Shown here: one piece after another, positions 9,851 to 18,486 of the stretch
Numbering within the stretch: the stretch's first letter is position 1
Layout: each line of letters starts with the position of its first letter
Source of the DNA: an uncultured archaeon
Lineage (GTDB): Archaea > Asgardarchaeota > Heimdallarchaeia > Heimdallarchaeales > Kariarchaeaceae
Direction of reading: 5' to 3'
Assembly: GCA_964645535.1 (NCBI GenBank)
Contig: CAZYCQ010000031.1
Coordinates: 1-41,142 of the forward strand
Length of the DNA: 41,142 nucleotides
Position numbers and translations under genes: made by a program
The notes under the pieces: generated by a model
Seen by the model: only the letters and a program-made list of their open reading frames with translations
The model's database searches: none
What the model was told of the DNA's origin: nothing

Positions 9851-9914
9851 TATTATGTTCATGAACAGAAAATTATTTAAGTTTATTCATGAATAAATGA
9901 TTTGTTCATAAAAA
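9851..9914. promoter_or_regulatory. Divergent crtI/crtB promoter with palindromic operator candidates
   Basis: Perfect palindromes TGTTCATGAACA (9856-9867) and TTTATTCATGAATAAA (9882-9897), a partial site TGTTCATAAAAA (9903-9914), and a minus-strand TATA TTAAATAA (9880-9873). Confidence 0.7.
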
Positions 9915-10928
9915 GTGACTCGTATGACTCTTAACCTTCAAAAAAATGGGCATGAGACAATTCACCTCACAGCGCCCCTAAAAACGTCAAACCTCATGGA
10001 TCAATACATTAGATGTGATCTTCATGGAATTTGTATCCCTGAAGATGATTCACAAGAATTCGCCTACAAAATCCTCCACGAGAAAAGCAAATCATTTTAT
10101 TTTGCCACAATGAGACTCCCTGAGAAATGGCGGACCCCAACTGCAATACTTTATGCTATTTGCAGAATTATTGATGACATAGCAGATGAACCAACTGACC
10201 AAGCCGACGAACAAATTAGTCAACTCAAAGAGCTCTCGGAATTTTTCCGGAACATCAACAGTAAATTTCCATGTCCTAATGAAAATCAGATTTTATTCCA
10301 GACGAAAAATGTAATTCTAGAACATGAGATTCCTGTTTCTCTTTTTGTGGACTTAATTAATGGTGCTCTTTCAGATTTAAAGAAAGTTCAGTACAAAACC
10401 ACTCTTGATCTAATGGACTATTGTTACAGAGTGGCAGGAACAGTGGGTTTAATGATGACTCACCTATTTGTTTCTGATCCCTCTGAGGAAATTCTCATAA
10501 AAGCGAGAAGGTTAGGAGAAGCCCTCCAACTTATCAATATCCTAAGAGATGTAAAAGAAGACTTTCTGATGGAGAGAATCTACTTACCTTCTACCCTTTT
10601 GAAAAGGTTCAATGTAGATCTTAAATCAGTTATCTCAGGATATCTTGATTCAAATTATGTCTCCCTGTTGAAGAGTATTGAATCTATTGCAAAGGATTTG
10701 TTCAGAGAGGGCATGGAAGGAATTTACCTTCTTCCAGAATTTGCAAGGTATCCAATTGGCCTGGCAGCAAATGTATATCTCGGAATTCTTGAAGAAATTG
10801 CGGGTTCAGGATATGACAATATTTCAGCACGTCGTTTTGTCCCAAAATGGAAGAAAATGGTCATTGCCGTTAGATGGAAGTTTACTCTATTATTCAAGAA
10901 TAGTTTTAAACTTTGGAATAGTTCATGA
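9915..10928 (+). CDS. crtB: Phytoene synthase
   Basis: SKSFYFA, RIIDDIADE (DDxxD), YCYRVAGTVG, LQLINILRDVKED and RIYLP motifs; lies next to crtI. Exact start uncertain. Confidence 0.92.
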   Translation: MTRMTLNLQKNGHETIHLTAPLKTSNLMDQYIRCDLHGICIPEDDSQEFAYKILHEKSKSFYFATMRLPEKWRTPTAILYAICRIIDDIADEPTDQADEQISQLKELSEFFRNINSKFPCPNENQILFQTKNVILEHEIPVSLFVDLINGALSDLKKVQYKTTLDLMDYCYRVAGTVGLMMTHLFVSDPSEEILIKARRLGEALQLINILRDVKEDFLMERIYLPSTLLKRFNVDLKSVISGYLDSNYVSLLKSIESIAKDLFREGMEGIYLLPEFARYPIGLAANVYLGILEEIAGSGYDNISARRFVPKWKKMVIAVRWKFTLLFKNSFKLWNSS

Positions 10929-10945
10929 TCATAGGAGATTAAAAT

Positions 10946-11863
10946 ATGGCAACTACCGACCCATCTAATTTGAGCTCAAAAGAAATGATCCTTAACTATC
11001 TCATAGAAAAAAAAGGTCAGAAGGTAGAATTGAGAAAAGTAAGGGAAGATTTAGGACTCAAAAAATCCACATTGTCAAACGCAATCAAGGAATTAAGATT
11101 GCTGGAAAAAATTGAGCTTGAACGAGACAATAATTCAAAGGGGAGACCCACGAGAATTTGGTTAAAAGGAAGTATTGAACAACCAATCCACGAGGGTCCC
11201 ACCATTAAAGATGCAAGTCAGCTTGTCCCCATATATAATATCGATTCTCCAGCTGAGATGATTGATTTTCTTCGATCTAGTAGGTACAATTTTATTGCAA
11301 TGACCGATTGGCTTGAAAAAAACTTCAAAGACAAAATCGACTTAGCCATCAATTTCTTCCTTCCCGTATTGCAGGCAACTGGAAGATTTTGGTATAATGA
11401 AAAAATAACCTCGGCGGATGAACATGCGATTTCCTCTAGATTGGAAGCTTTAATGTATCACTTTTCTGAGTTATTGTCTTCTCCAAATCAAGACATTATT
11501 GTCTTAGCTCCAGTTGAGGGCGACCAACATTATTTAAGCCTAGTTCTTCTGGAAATGATAGTTAGCCCTAAATTTCATTGCATAAATCTGAAGAAGCCTC
11601 TTTCTGTGCAGGACCTTGTTGAATTTATCCGAAATTTAGATCAAGTCCCAAAATACTTATTGGTTAACACAACTATGAATATCTTTCACGGCACCCTGAT
11701 ACGAGAAGTTACTATCCTAAGAAGGGTATTTAAAGATGAATTGAAGATTGTTGTTGCAGGTGCTGGCTTGGAGAGGATGGATTTAACTCCACTAATTGAC
11801 GCTGATAGATTCCTTGTTACACAAGGTGATTGGTTGAACTTTGTCAAAGACCTGATCAATTAA
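10946..11863 (+). CDS. Winged-helix regulator with CarH/LitR-type cobalamin-binding photosensor module
   Basis: N-terminal wHTH (LGLKKSTLSNAIKEL...KGRP); FFLPVLQATGRFWYNEKITSADEH (W149-x9-E159-H160); LAPVEGDQHYLS (D193-x-H195); KIVVAGAG. SD AGGAG at 10933-10937. Confidence 0.8.
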   Translation: MATTDPSNLSSKEMILNYLIEKKGQKVELRKVREDLGLKKSTLSNAIKELRLLEKIELERDNNSKGRPTRIWLKGSIEQPIHEGPTIKDASQLVPIYNIDSPAEMIDFLRSSRYNFIAMTDWLEKNFKDKIDLAINFFLPVLQATGRFWYNEKITSADEHAISSRLEALMYHFSELLSSPNQDIIVLAPVEGDQHYLSLVLLEMIVSPKFHCINLKKPLSVQDLVEFIRNLDQVPKYLLVNTTMNIFHGTLIREVTILRRVFKDELKIVVAGAGLERMDLTPLIDADRFLVTQGDWLNFVKDLIN

Positions 11864-13191
11864 GAGGAAATTGTAATGCGTTTTTTCCAAGGCATTTTTT
11901 CTGCATAAACTTCAGCTTCCTGAAATGCAGATGAAAGATCCATGTGGAACTTCCCATTAGAAATAAGTAACTTGCCATCACAAAACACATGCTGCACCTC
12001 CCGTTTTGTAGCAGAATAGACTACATATGAAAATTCGTTGTAAAGAGGATAGGAATTTGGAAAGGTTGGATTGAGAACTACGATATCTGCTTTCTTACCA
12101 ACCTTTATGCTTCCGATTTCATTTTCCATCCCTAAGGCTTTAGCGCCACCTAAAGTCGCTAAATGGAACACTGTCTTTGCGTCCATAATTTTTGGATCAT
12201 TGGTTGATGCCTTTTGGTAGTAGGAAGCAAGCTTCATTTCGAGGAACATATCATGTCCACCAGTAGCAGGGGAGCCGTCGGTTGCCAGTCCGACATCAAT
12301 TGTTGCTGTGAGAAACTTTGGGACGGGAGAAATGCCAGAGGCGAGCTTTCCATTAGAAGAGGGGTTGTGAGAGATTGAAGTTCCAGATTGCTTAATGAGA
12401 GAAATATCTTTGTCATCAACCCACACACAATGGGCAAGGATTGTTCCTTTACCAAGGACCTTGAGCTCCTGATGGGCTTTGATATAATCGTTTCCTGTCA
12501 TGGTTTTTACAGTTCTGCACTCTTCCAAATTTTCCGCGGCATGGGTATGGTATATTAAACCCCGAGCTGTGGCTTCCTCCTTGGCCCTCTTCATCAGCTC
12601 TTCAGAGCAAGTTATAATGAAACGGGGAGTGTATGCGTATTGCACTCTTCCACCTTTGGGGTTTTGGGAGGCAAGGTAATTGGCTTCTTTGATTGCTTCT
12701 TCTGTTTCTTGGAGAAGTCCAGAGGGTGCGTTCCTGTCCATTAGCATTTTACCGACATGTGCCCGAATTCCAGAATCCCATGCTGCTTTGATAGTTTTGT
12801 CAGCATGGTGAACTGTTGCCATGTCATTTGTTGTGGTAATACCACTGTACAACATCTCAGCGTATCCAATGAGAGAAGATGAATAAGCTTCTTCAGCGTT
12901 TAGAGTAGCCTCCCCTGGAAGAATAACCTCTTGTAACCAATCAAGTAACTCTCTGTCGTCAGCGGCACCTCTGAAAAAGGTCTGAACCGCATGTGAATGT
13001 GTATTCACGAATCCAGGAATAACAATTGAATTTCTATCTCCGTATATGGTATATGAATAGTCCTTTCGTATTCTTTCAAACGGACCGATTTCGATGATAG
13101 ATCCATCTTCAACAACAACCGCGTGATCCTTCAAAACTGGGTTGAATACATCTTGAACTATTCTTCCTCGGATAATGTATCCGTTTGTCAC
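11860..13191 (-). CDS. Amidohydrolase, MTA/SAH/5'-deoxyadenosine deaminase-like
   Basis: PGFVNTHSH, RGAADDRELLDWL, HTHAAE, LAHCVW, HNPSSN, GLATDG and GKKAD motifs; GTG start. Confidence 0.88.
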   Translation of the reverse strand: MTNGYIIRGRIVQDVFNPVLKDHAVVVEDGSIIEIGPFERIRKDYSYTIYGDRNSIVIPGFVNTHSHAVQTFFRGAADDRELLDWLQEVILPGEATLNAEEAYSSSLIGYAEMLYSGITTTNDMATVHHADKTIKAAWDSGIRAHVGKMLMDRNAPSGLLQETEEAIKEANYLASQNPKGGRVQYAYTPRFIITCSEELMKRAKEEATARGLIYHTHAAENLEECRTVKTMTGNDYIKAHQELKVLGKGTILAHCVWVDDKDISLIKQSGTSISHNPSSNGKLASGISPVPKFLTATIDVGLATDGSPATGGHDMFLEMKLASYYQKASTNDPKIMDAKTVFHLATLGGAKALGMENEIGSIKVGKKADIVVLNPTFPNSYPLYNEFSYVVYSATKREVQHVFCDGKLLISNGKFHMDLSSAFQEAEVYAEKMPWKKRITISS

Positions 13192-13291
13192 CTAATTAGC
13201 TTCACATTTCCCCTATATAAAAGCTGTAATCGATCTCAGGGATTTGAAGTGGAAGTGTTAAGTTTTTAACAATGCGAGTTAGAAAGAGCAC

Positions 13292-13786
13292 ATGAAGATT
13301 CTTCCAATTGTAGGCGGCTTGAGTATCCTATTTGCTCCAATCGTGCTTAGTATTAGTACGTTTGGGACCAATAATTCAGAGACAACAGTTTTTGGTTTCT
13401 TTTACATAATGACCAGGGTAAAAGTCCTAGGTATCGAAAGTGAATCCCAAGAAATGATACAAGGAGACTGGTTCAGTCAAAATGGTATTTACAACTCTTT
13501 TTTTGGGGATTATATCTTATTTGCCATGATAAGTCTAGTATTGGCAGTAGCCTCAATTTTCATTGGCTTTAGATTCAAGAGGAATCAGTCTGGAAGAATT
13601 GGCGGCCTTACTACTTTGTTGAGTGGGATCATTCTTCTGGTCATTCGATTTCAAGAACTATCCTCAAGAGATAGGTCCTTTTTCTATAGAGATTCGATTT
13701 TCGGGGTAGAGTTTGTCTATACAGAATATCCGATTGCTGCCATAACATCAATCCTTTTAGGGATTTTTGCTTTGCTGAAGGATTAA
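13292..13786 (+). CDS. Hypothetical 4-TM membrane protein
   Basis: 164 aa with four hydrophobic segments and a long first loop; TATA-like TTTTTAA about 25 bp upstream. Confidence 0.7.
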   Translation: MKILPIVGGLSILFAPIVLSISTFGTNNSETTVFGFFYIMTRVKVLGIESESQEMIQGDWFSQNGIYNSFFGDYILFAMISLVLAVASIFIGFRFKRNQSGRIGGLTTLLSGIILLVIRFQELSSRDRSFFYRDSIFGVEFVYTEYPIAAITSILLGIFALLKD

Positions 13787-14229
13787 TAAAGAACCGCGAT
13801 CAGTAAAAGCATCCAACCTAGGAAAATGGCGATTGGCAGCAATTTTTTCCATAATGGCTCGTTTTCTTTCATGGCTCTTGTTCTCAACCTTTCTTCTTCT
13901 TTTATTTTTTTGAGCTGTTCCTTCTTCAATTTCTCGAAATATTGTTTGTTCTTTTTCTTGGCTATGGTTTCTAGTGTGGCTAAATCCTGCTTGAACTTTG
14001 TTTGTATATAGTTGTAAAATTTAGTCATGTCCTCTGCTTCTTGCTGGGTTTTTGGAGCAAGTTCAGTCAATATTCTGGAAGGCATCTCATTTCTGCAAAC
14101 TGGACAGTGAGGTTGCATAAATAACCACGCAGCAAGATGTTCTTTATGAAATCCTGAACTACAAAAGGGACACAAGTAAGGTTTAGTTTCGACCTTGCCG
14201 AAGCAAACATTACAGACTTCGTCTTCCAC
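13783..14229 (-). CDS. RING-finger protein with C-terminal transmembrane anchor (putative E3 ligase)
   Basis: C6,C9,C20,C23,H28,H31,W35,C42,C45 (FHKEHLAAWL...CPVCR); Lys/Glu-rich helix; hydrophobic C-terminal tail. Confidence 0.85.
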   Translation of the reverse strand: MEDEVCNVCFGKVETKPYLCPFCSSGFHKEHLAAWLFMQPHCPVCRNEMPSRILTELAPKTQQEAEDMTKFYNYIQTKFKQDLATLETIAKKKNKQYFEKLKKEQLKKIKEEERLRTRAMKENEPLWKKLLPIAIFLGWMLLLIAVLY

Positions 14230-14358
14230 GATTGGTTTTAGATTACATGTTTAAATAATTGTTCGAATCCTGATGCAAATTTGTTATGAGTAGAAAGAAA
14301 ATGGTTGTTCAATTAATCACTGATTTTGCGAATGCATTAAAGGATTTTAATATGTGGA

Positions 14359-15252
14359 TTGCTTAAACAAATTGTGGTTAAAAAGGCAGTCTCTGATGAG
14401 AGATCATCAGAAGCAAAAGAGGAATCGCCTGAGGTTATTGGAACCTATTTCAAAGTTCTCCGTGATCGAATCCCAAAAGACTATAAAGTTCTGATCGGAT
14501 TTTCGGGCTACGGCAATGTTGGTTTCCTTGCTATCAATCACTTAATTGAACAATTGGATCTTGAGACAGTTGGGATGTGGGGAAATACCATTTGGTATTA
14601 TAAAGGAAGGCTTGAATCACTTGTTACTCTTTACGCTCACCATGAAAGCAAAACCCTCATCCTTGCTTCAAGATATCCCATGCATGTTACCCGAATCCCA
14701 CACGAAGAATGGGAGGAACTTGCTCTTGAAGTGCTATCTTGGAATTGTAAAGCCTATTACATCATTGCCGGATTGAGGGAGGAAACGAGGTCACCAGGTT
14801 CAACTAATTGGGTGGCATACGCACCTACTGCGGAATTTACCAAGAAATTCGGGATTACTCCATCAATGGAGGAAAAGTTGACAATGATCGGACCATTGGC
14901 GACATTCCTTTCTTATGGCACCTCACTCAACCAAAGGGTTCTCGGTCTTTTAATTTACTGCAATTTCGATGAAGATCCAGAAGCGGCACTCTTAAGCCTT
15001 TCAGAAATAGAGAAATTCACGGAAATTCAAGTTCCAAACAAGGAGAAATTACTTTATTTTGATTTCCGTTTTCTTGAAGGTTTGATTAGGGGTCCTAGCA
15101 ATTCGGGGATACAGGACATCATCCAGACATTCTCTGACATGGATCCAGATGATATCGACATCTTGACGGGACAGTTACTTGATGAGGATGAAGATGATGA
15201 TGACGATTTTGAAGATGAAGACGATTACTTCGATTATGAAAACTTGAAGTAG
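14359..15252 (+). CDS. PAC2 family proteasome assembly chaperone with acidic tail
   Basis: LIGFSGYGNVGFLAINHLIEQL and DPEAA motifs of the PAC2 family; C-terminal DEDEDDDDDFEDEDD. Confidence 0.8.
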   Translation: MLKQIVVKKAVSDERSSEAKEESPEVIGTYFKVLRDRIPKDYKVLIGFSGYGNVGFLAINHLIEQLDLETVGMWGNTIWYYKGRLESLVTLYAHHESKTLILASRYPMHVTRIPHEEWEELALEVLSWNCKAYYIIAGLREETRSPGSTNWVAYAPTAEFTKKFGITPSMEEKLTMIGPLATFLSYGTSLNQRVLGLLIYCNFDEDPEAALLSLSEIEKFTEIQVPNKEKLLYFDFRFLEGLIRGPSNSGIQDIIQTFSDMDPDDIDILTGQLLDEDEDDDDDFEDEDDYFDYENLK

Positions 15253-15253
15253 C

Positions 15254-17710
15254 TCAATTTCCAGATTTTAACCCGAGTTTTTCTTGGGCGCCTTCTATAT
15301 TATAATGGTGGTATTTTCCTTTAATCCAAGTAGAAGCGATGTCTGAGAAATGCTTACTGGCGATGTTTTCTGATTGACCTAGAGTGGCGGTAAACATCGA
15401 ATTTACAAGATCGCCTCCTTTAGATAACATCCTGAAACTTATACTCCAAGCATTATTATCAAATGGTTGGTCAGCATGGAAAGCTGTTTGATATGGTGTA
15501 TCAGTATTTCCGTTTATTGGGATGGGTTTGGCATTGAAAATAGGAACCATCATAGGTTCAAGGGAAAGTGCATGTGGAAAGACAGCTTTGTGGATTCTTC
15601 CGTAAGTCCATCTTGAAGGCTTAGCGCCTAAATGTTGCTTCAACCAACGTGAGGTGTTCGCTAAAGAAGTTTTTACCAAATGTAATTTTGCTTTTGATGG
15701 ATCAATGGTTTTGGCTTGTGAATAGATTTTTAGCGTTTCAGAAGCTTCGCTTCTGAGGATACGAAGAAGAATTACTGTGTCATGCCCGAAAAATTCTGAA
15801 GAGGGTAAGAGAACGGGGTGAAATCCCAATCCCATAAGTTTGTAACTCGTTTCCATCCCCAAGATGGATGAAAAAAGTTCAGTGACCATTTCATAGCGTA
15901 AAACCTCATATATTGTTGGGGCAATTAAATCCTTGTCCATTGAAAAATCCCAATTTTTTAGGGTTTCAACCAGAACCACCTGGTCATTCGTTAACTTTGT
16001 TGAACCTGCTAGATTTGAGATTTCTTGTACGAATTCCTTTGCCGGAATGCAATAGATATCCATCATTACCTTGTTGAGGATCTGAGGAGTAATTTTGCCA
16101 TTTTTTATTTCGTCGGTGAGTAGTTTCTTGATTCTAGTAGCCCTATAGCCATTCATCCAAACGTTACCAAGATAATGCGGGTAATCTTCATTGACTACCC
16201 TATTATTGGCTGTGACAATAAAACCCTCCTTGGGATTGAGAGCATGTGGCATTTCTTCGAAAGGAACGATTTCATTGAAATCATACGTGCTAACCCAACC
16301 TGGCAAAGGATATCGTTCGATTCCGGGTGGATCACGCTTTGGGACTTGTCCAGTACACCAATATCCTATGTTTTGTTCATCCGCATAGACAAAATTCAAT
16401 TGGGGTGCTGTAATCATTTCCATTGCCTTTACAAATTCATTCCAATTAGTGGCTTTGTTGAGCCTATACCATCCTGAGATAGCCTTGGTTTCTCTAAGGG
16501 CAAAATCCCTTATTGAAAAGGCAACCGTCCAATTTCCTTCAAGACGGGGAATTTCCAACCATTTAAGGTTGTTAGGGGTTATCTCCTCCAAATCAAATTG
16601 TGTTGGATCAAGGATCACTCCTCGATGATTTTTGTAGAATGAATATTCTTCATATTCAATTTTGCCTTTCTTCCGTTTAATTGGGATTTTTGTGTTAACC
16701 ACTCTCATTGGTTTTTCCTTGTCGTCAACAAAATACGCTCCCGCATCAATGTTTACCAATTCAAGATATACATCTGCTGCGTCTGTATACGCCAAGGTGA
16801 TTCCCCATGAGATTTTACGATTTTGACCAATTAATACCATGGGTAATCCAGGAATACTGGCACCTGCAACTAGAATATCGGGAGCATCTAACACAATTTC
16901 ATACCATAGAGATGGTGTTGAAAGTGCTAAATGTACATCATTTGCCAATAGAGGTTTCCCATCTTCTGTCAGGTGTCCGGCAACAACAATTGAATTCGAG
17001 GAAGCTGATTTTGAAAGAAACGGACCTTTCAAGGCTTTCAAGATACCTCCAACATATTCCTGAAATTGAACCCCATGAGGGAGGATGACTTCATTTTCAG
17101 GGGGTGCGTTAATCTCCCATTCATCAACAATTTTTGAATCCAAATCTTTCAGAAGGGCAAATTTAACAATTTTTGAAAACCAGGCGTGAGACATTTGCCA
17201 AATCATGAAACGGGAAAAGGCCATCACATCCTCGACGGTCCATTGTTTAGGAGTCGATCCAATCAGAGAATATTCAATGGGTTTTTTGAAATTTTCCAAG
17301 GTCAGATACGCATTGATGCCCTTTACGTACGCCTTAATCATTGCACGTTCATTGGTTTCCATTGATTCAAAATCCGCGATCCCAAGTTTGGAAAACTCAA
17401 ACTGCCGAGCCAATTTATCGGTTTCAACACTGATTTCCCCCAAAATTTCACTAAGGGTACCTGTTGCCACTCGACGATTCAAGTCCATCTGAAAGAGCCT
17501 ATCCTGGGCATGGACAAACCCTTGAGCAAAAAACAAATCCTCTTGAGTTGAGGCCTTAACATGGGGTATTCCTAAACCATCTCGATCAATTTCAACAGGT
17601 TCCACCAATCCCTGCACTTCTAGCGAACCATTCGTTTGAGGAAGAGACCTTTTGGCTAGTTGTTTGAAGGCTGGTTTCAAAACCATGCCCACATATTTCT
17701 TGAATGACAT
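15254..17710 (-). CDS. Penicillin acylase family Ntn-hydrolase (peptidase S45)
   Basis: RDGLGIPHV, AQGFVHAQDRLFQMD, SNSIVVAG...LLANDVH (Ser nucleophile), TANN, GYRA. Confidence 0.92.
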   Translation of the reverse strand: MSFKKYVGMVLKPAFKQLAKRSLPQTNGSLEVQGLVEPVEIDRDGLGIPHVKASTQEDLFFAQGFVHAQDRLFQMDLNRRVATGTLSEILGEISVETDKLARQFEFSKLGIADFESMETNERAMIKAYVKGINAYLTLENFKKPIEYSLIGSTPKQWTVEDVMAFSRFMIWQMSHAWFSKIVKFALLKDLDSKIVDEWEINAPPENEVILPHGVQFQEYVGGILKALKGPFLSKSASSNSIVVAGHLTEDGKPLLANDVHLALSTPSLWYEIVLDAPDILVAGASIPGLPMVLIGQNRKISWGITLAYTDAADVYLELVNIDAGAYFVDDKEKPMRVVNTKIPIKRKKGKIEYEEYSFYKNHRGVILDPTQFDLEEITPNNLKWLEIPRLEGNWTVAFSIRDFALRETKAISGWYRLNKATNWNEFVKAMEMITAPQLNFVYADEQNIGYWCTGQVPKRDPPGIERYPLPGWVSTYDFNEIVPFEEMPHALNPKEGFIVTANNRVVNEDYPHYLGNVWMNGYRATRIKKLLTDEIKNGKITPQILNKVMMDIYCIPAKEFVQEISNLAGSTKLTNDQVVLVETLKNWDFSMDKDLIAPTIYEVLRYEMVTELFSSILGMETSYKLMGLGFHPVLLPSSEFFGHDTVILLRILRSEASETLKIYSQAKTIDPSKAKLHLVKTSLANTSRWLKQHLGAKPSRWTYGRIHKAVFPHALSLEPMMVPIFNAKPIPINGNTDTPYQTAFHADQPFDNNAWSISFRMLSKGGDLVNSMFTATLGQSENIASKHFSDIASTWIKGKYHHYNIEGAQEKLGLKSGN

Positions 17711-17814
17711 ACATTGTCAATGTCTGTCGAAAATAAATCCCTTTCGCGGAAATCTGATAAAGTCAGATATGGTCTTAGAATATAGTATATATACTGAAAA
17801 AACAATTCAGGAGT

Positions 17815-18486
17815 ATGTTCAGACAGGCATATTCAACATCTTATCAACAAAGACCGATTGATGTTACTGCACAAAAGGCAGTTCTTGATAAAGTGACTGC
17901 AGGCATACTCTATGCAACAATTATTAGTGCAATAATGACTCTGTTACCAATTTCCATTCAATTCATAATGGCAATAATCGCTTTTGTGGTAGAGATTGTC
18001 GCAATTATTGGTTACTTCTTTGCAAGAAAGGAATCCACTATTGAGAAACTGTACTACGCCTTTGTTGCGTCTAGTGCGGTATTACTTGGGTTTACCTTTA
18101 CCTTTGTCTTGGCAATGTCAAATGGCATGTTTATCATCGCTTCAACCTTTGGAATCACTGTCCTTATTGTTGGGTTCATCTATCAAAGAGTCCTTTCCAC
18201 CCTTCCTGATGTGATGCAACATGCCAACAAGCTTTTCGCTTTCGGTATTGGATTTATTTTCCTCTCAATTGGCATGATGTTCTTCGGCTACGGATCCTTG
18301 GGTGAACTTATTGTTTCTGTTCTTGGAGCAATTCTTTTCTCATTCTATCTTTGGTTCGATTTTGGAAGATTGATGCGAGGCCAATACACTAGTCCTGCCA
18401 GAATGGCTTGGAACATTTATTGGGACATTCTTTTGATTTTCAAATACATTCTCAGAATCATGATGGCATTAAGCAGAGATCGATAA
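17815..18486 (+). CDS. Bax inhibitor-1/YccA family membrane protein
   Basis: About 7 TM segments; FSFYLWFDFGRL and AWNIYWDILLIF carry the di-aspartate pattern of the TMBIM family. Confidence 0.8.
   Translation: MFRQAYSTSYQQRPIDVTAQKAVLDKVTAGILYATIISAIMTLLPISIQFIMAIIAFVVEIVAIIGYFFARKESTIEKLYYAFVASSAVLLGFTFTFVLAMSNGMFIIASTFGITVLIVGFIYQRVLSTLPDVMQHANKLFAFGIGFIFLSIGMMFFGYGSLGELIVSVLGAILFSFYLWFDFGRLMRGQYTSPARMAWNIYWDILLIFKYILRIMMALSRDR

Noticed and set aside
2410-13268. Identical 13-mer TGTTAAGTTTTTA at 2410-2422 and 13256-13268
   Set aside because: Most simply explained as ordinary BRE/TATA promoter sequence in AT-rich DNA.
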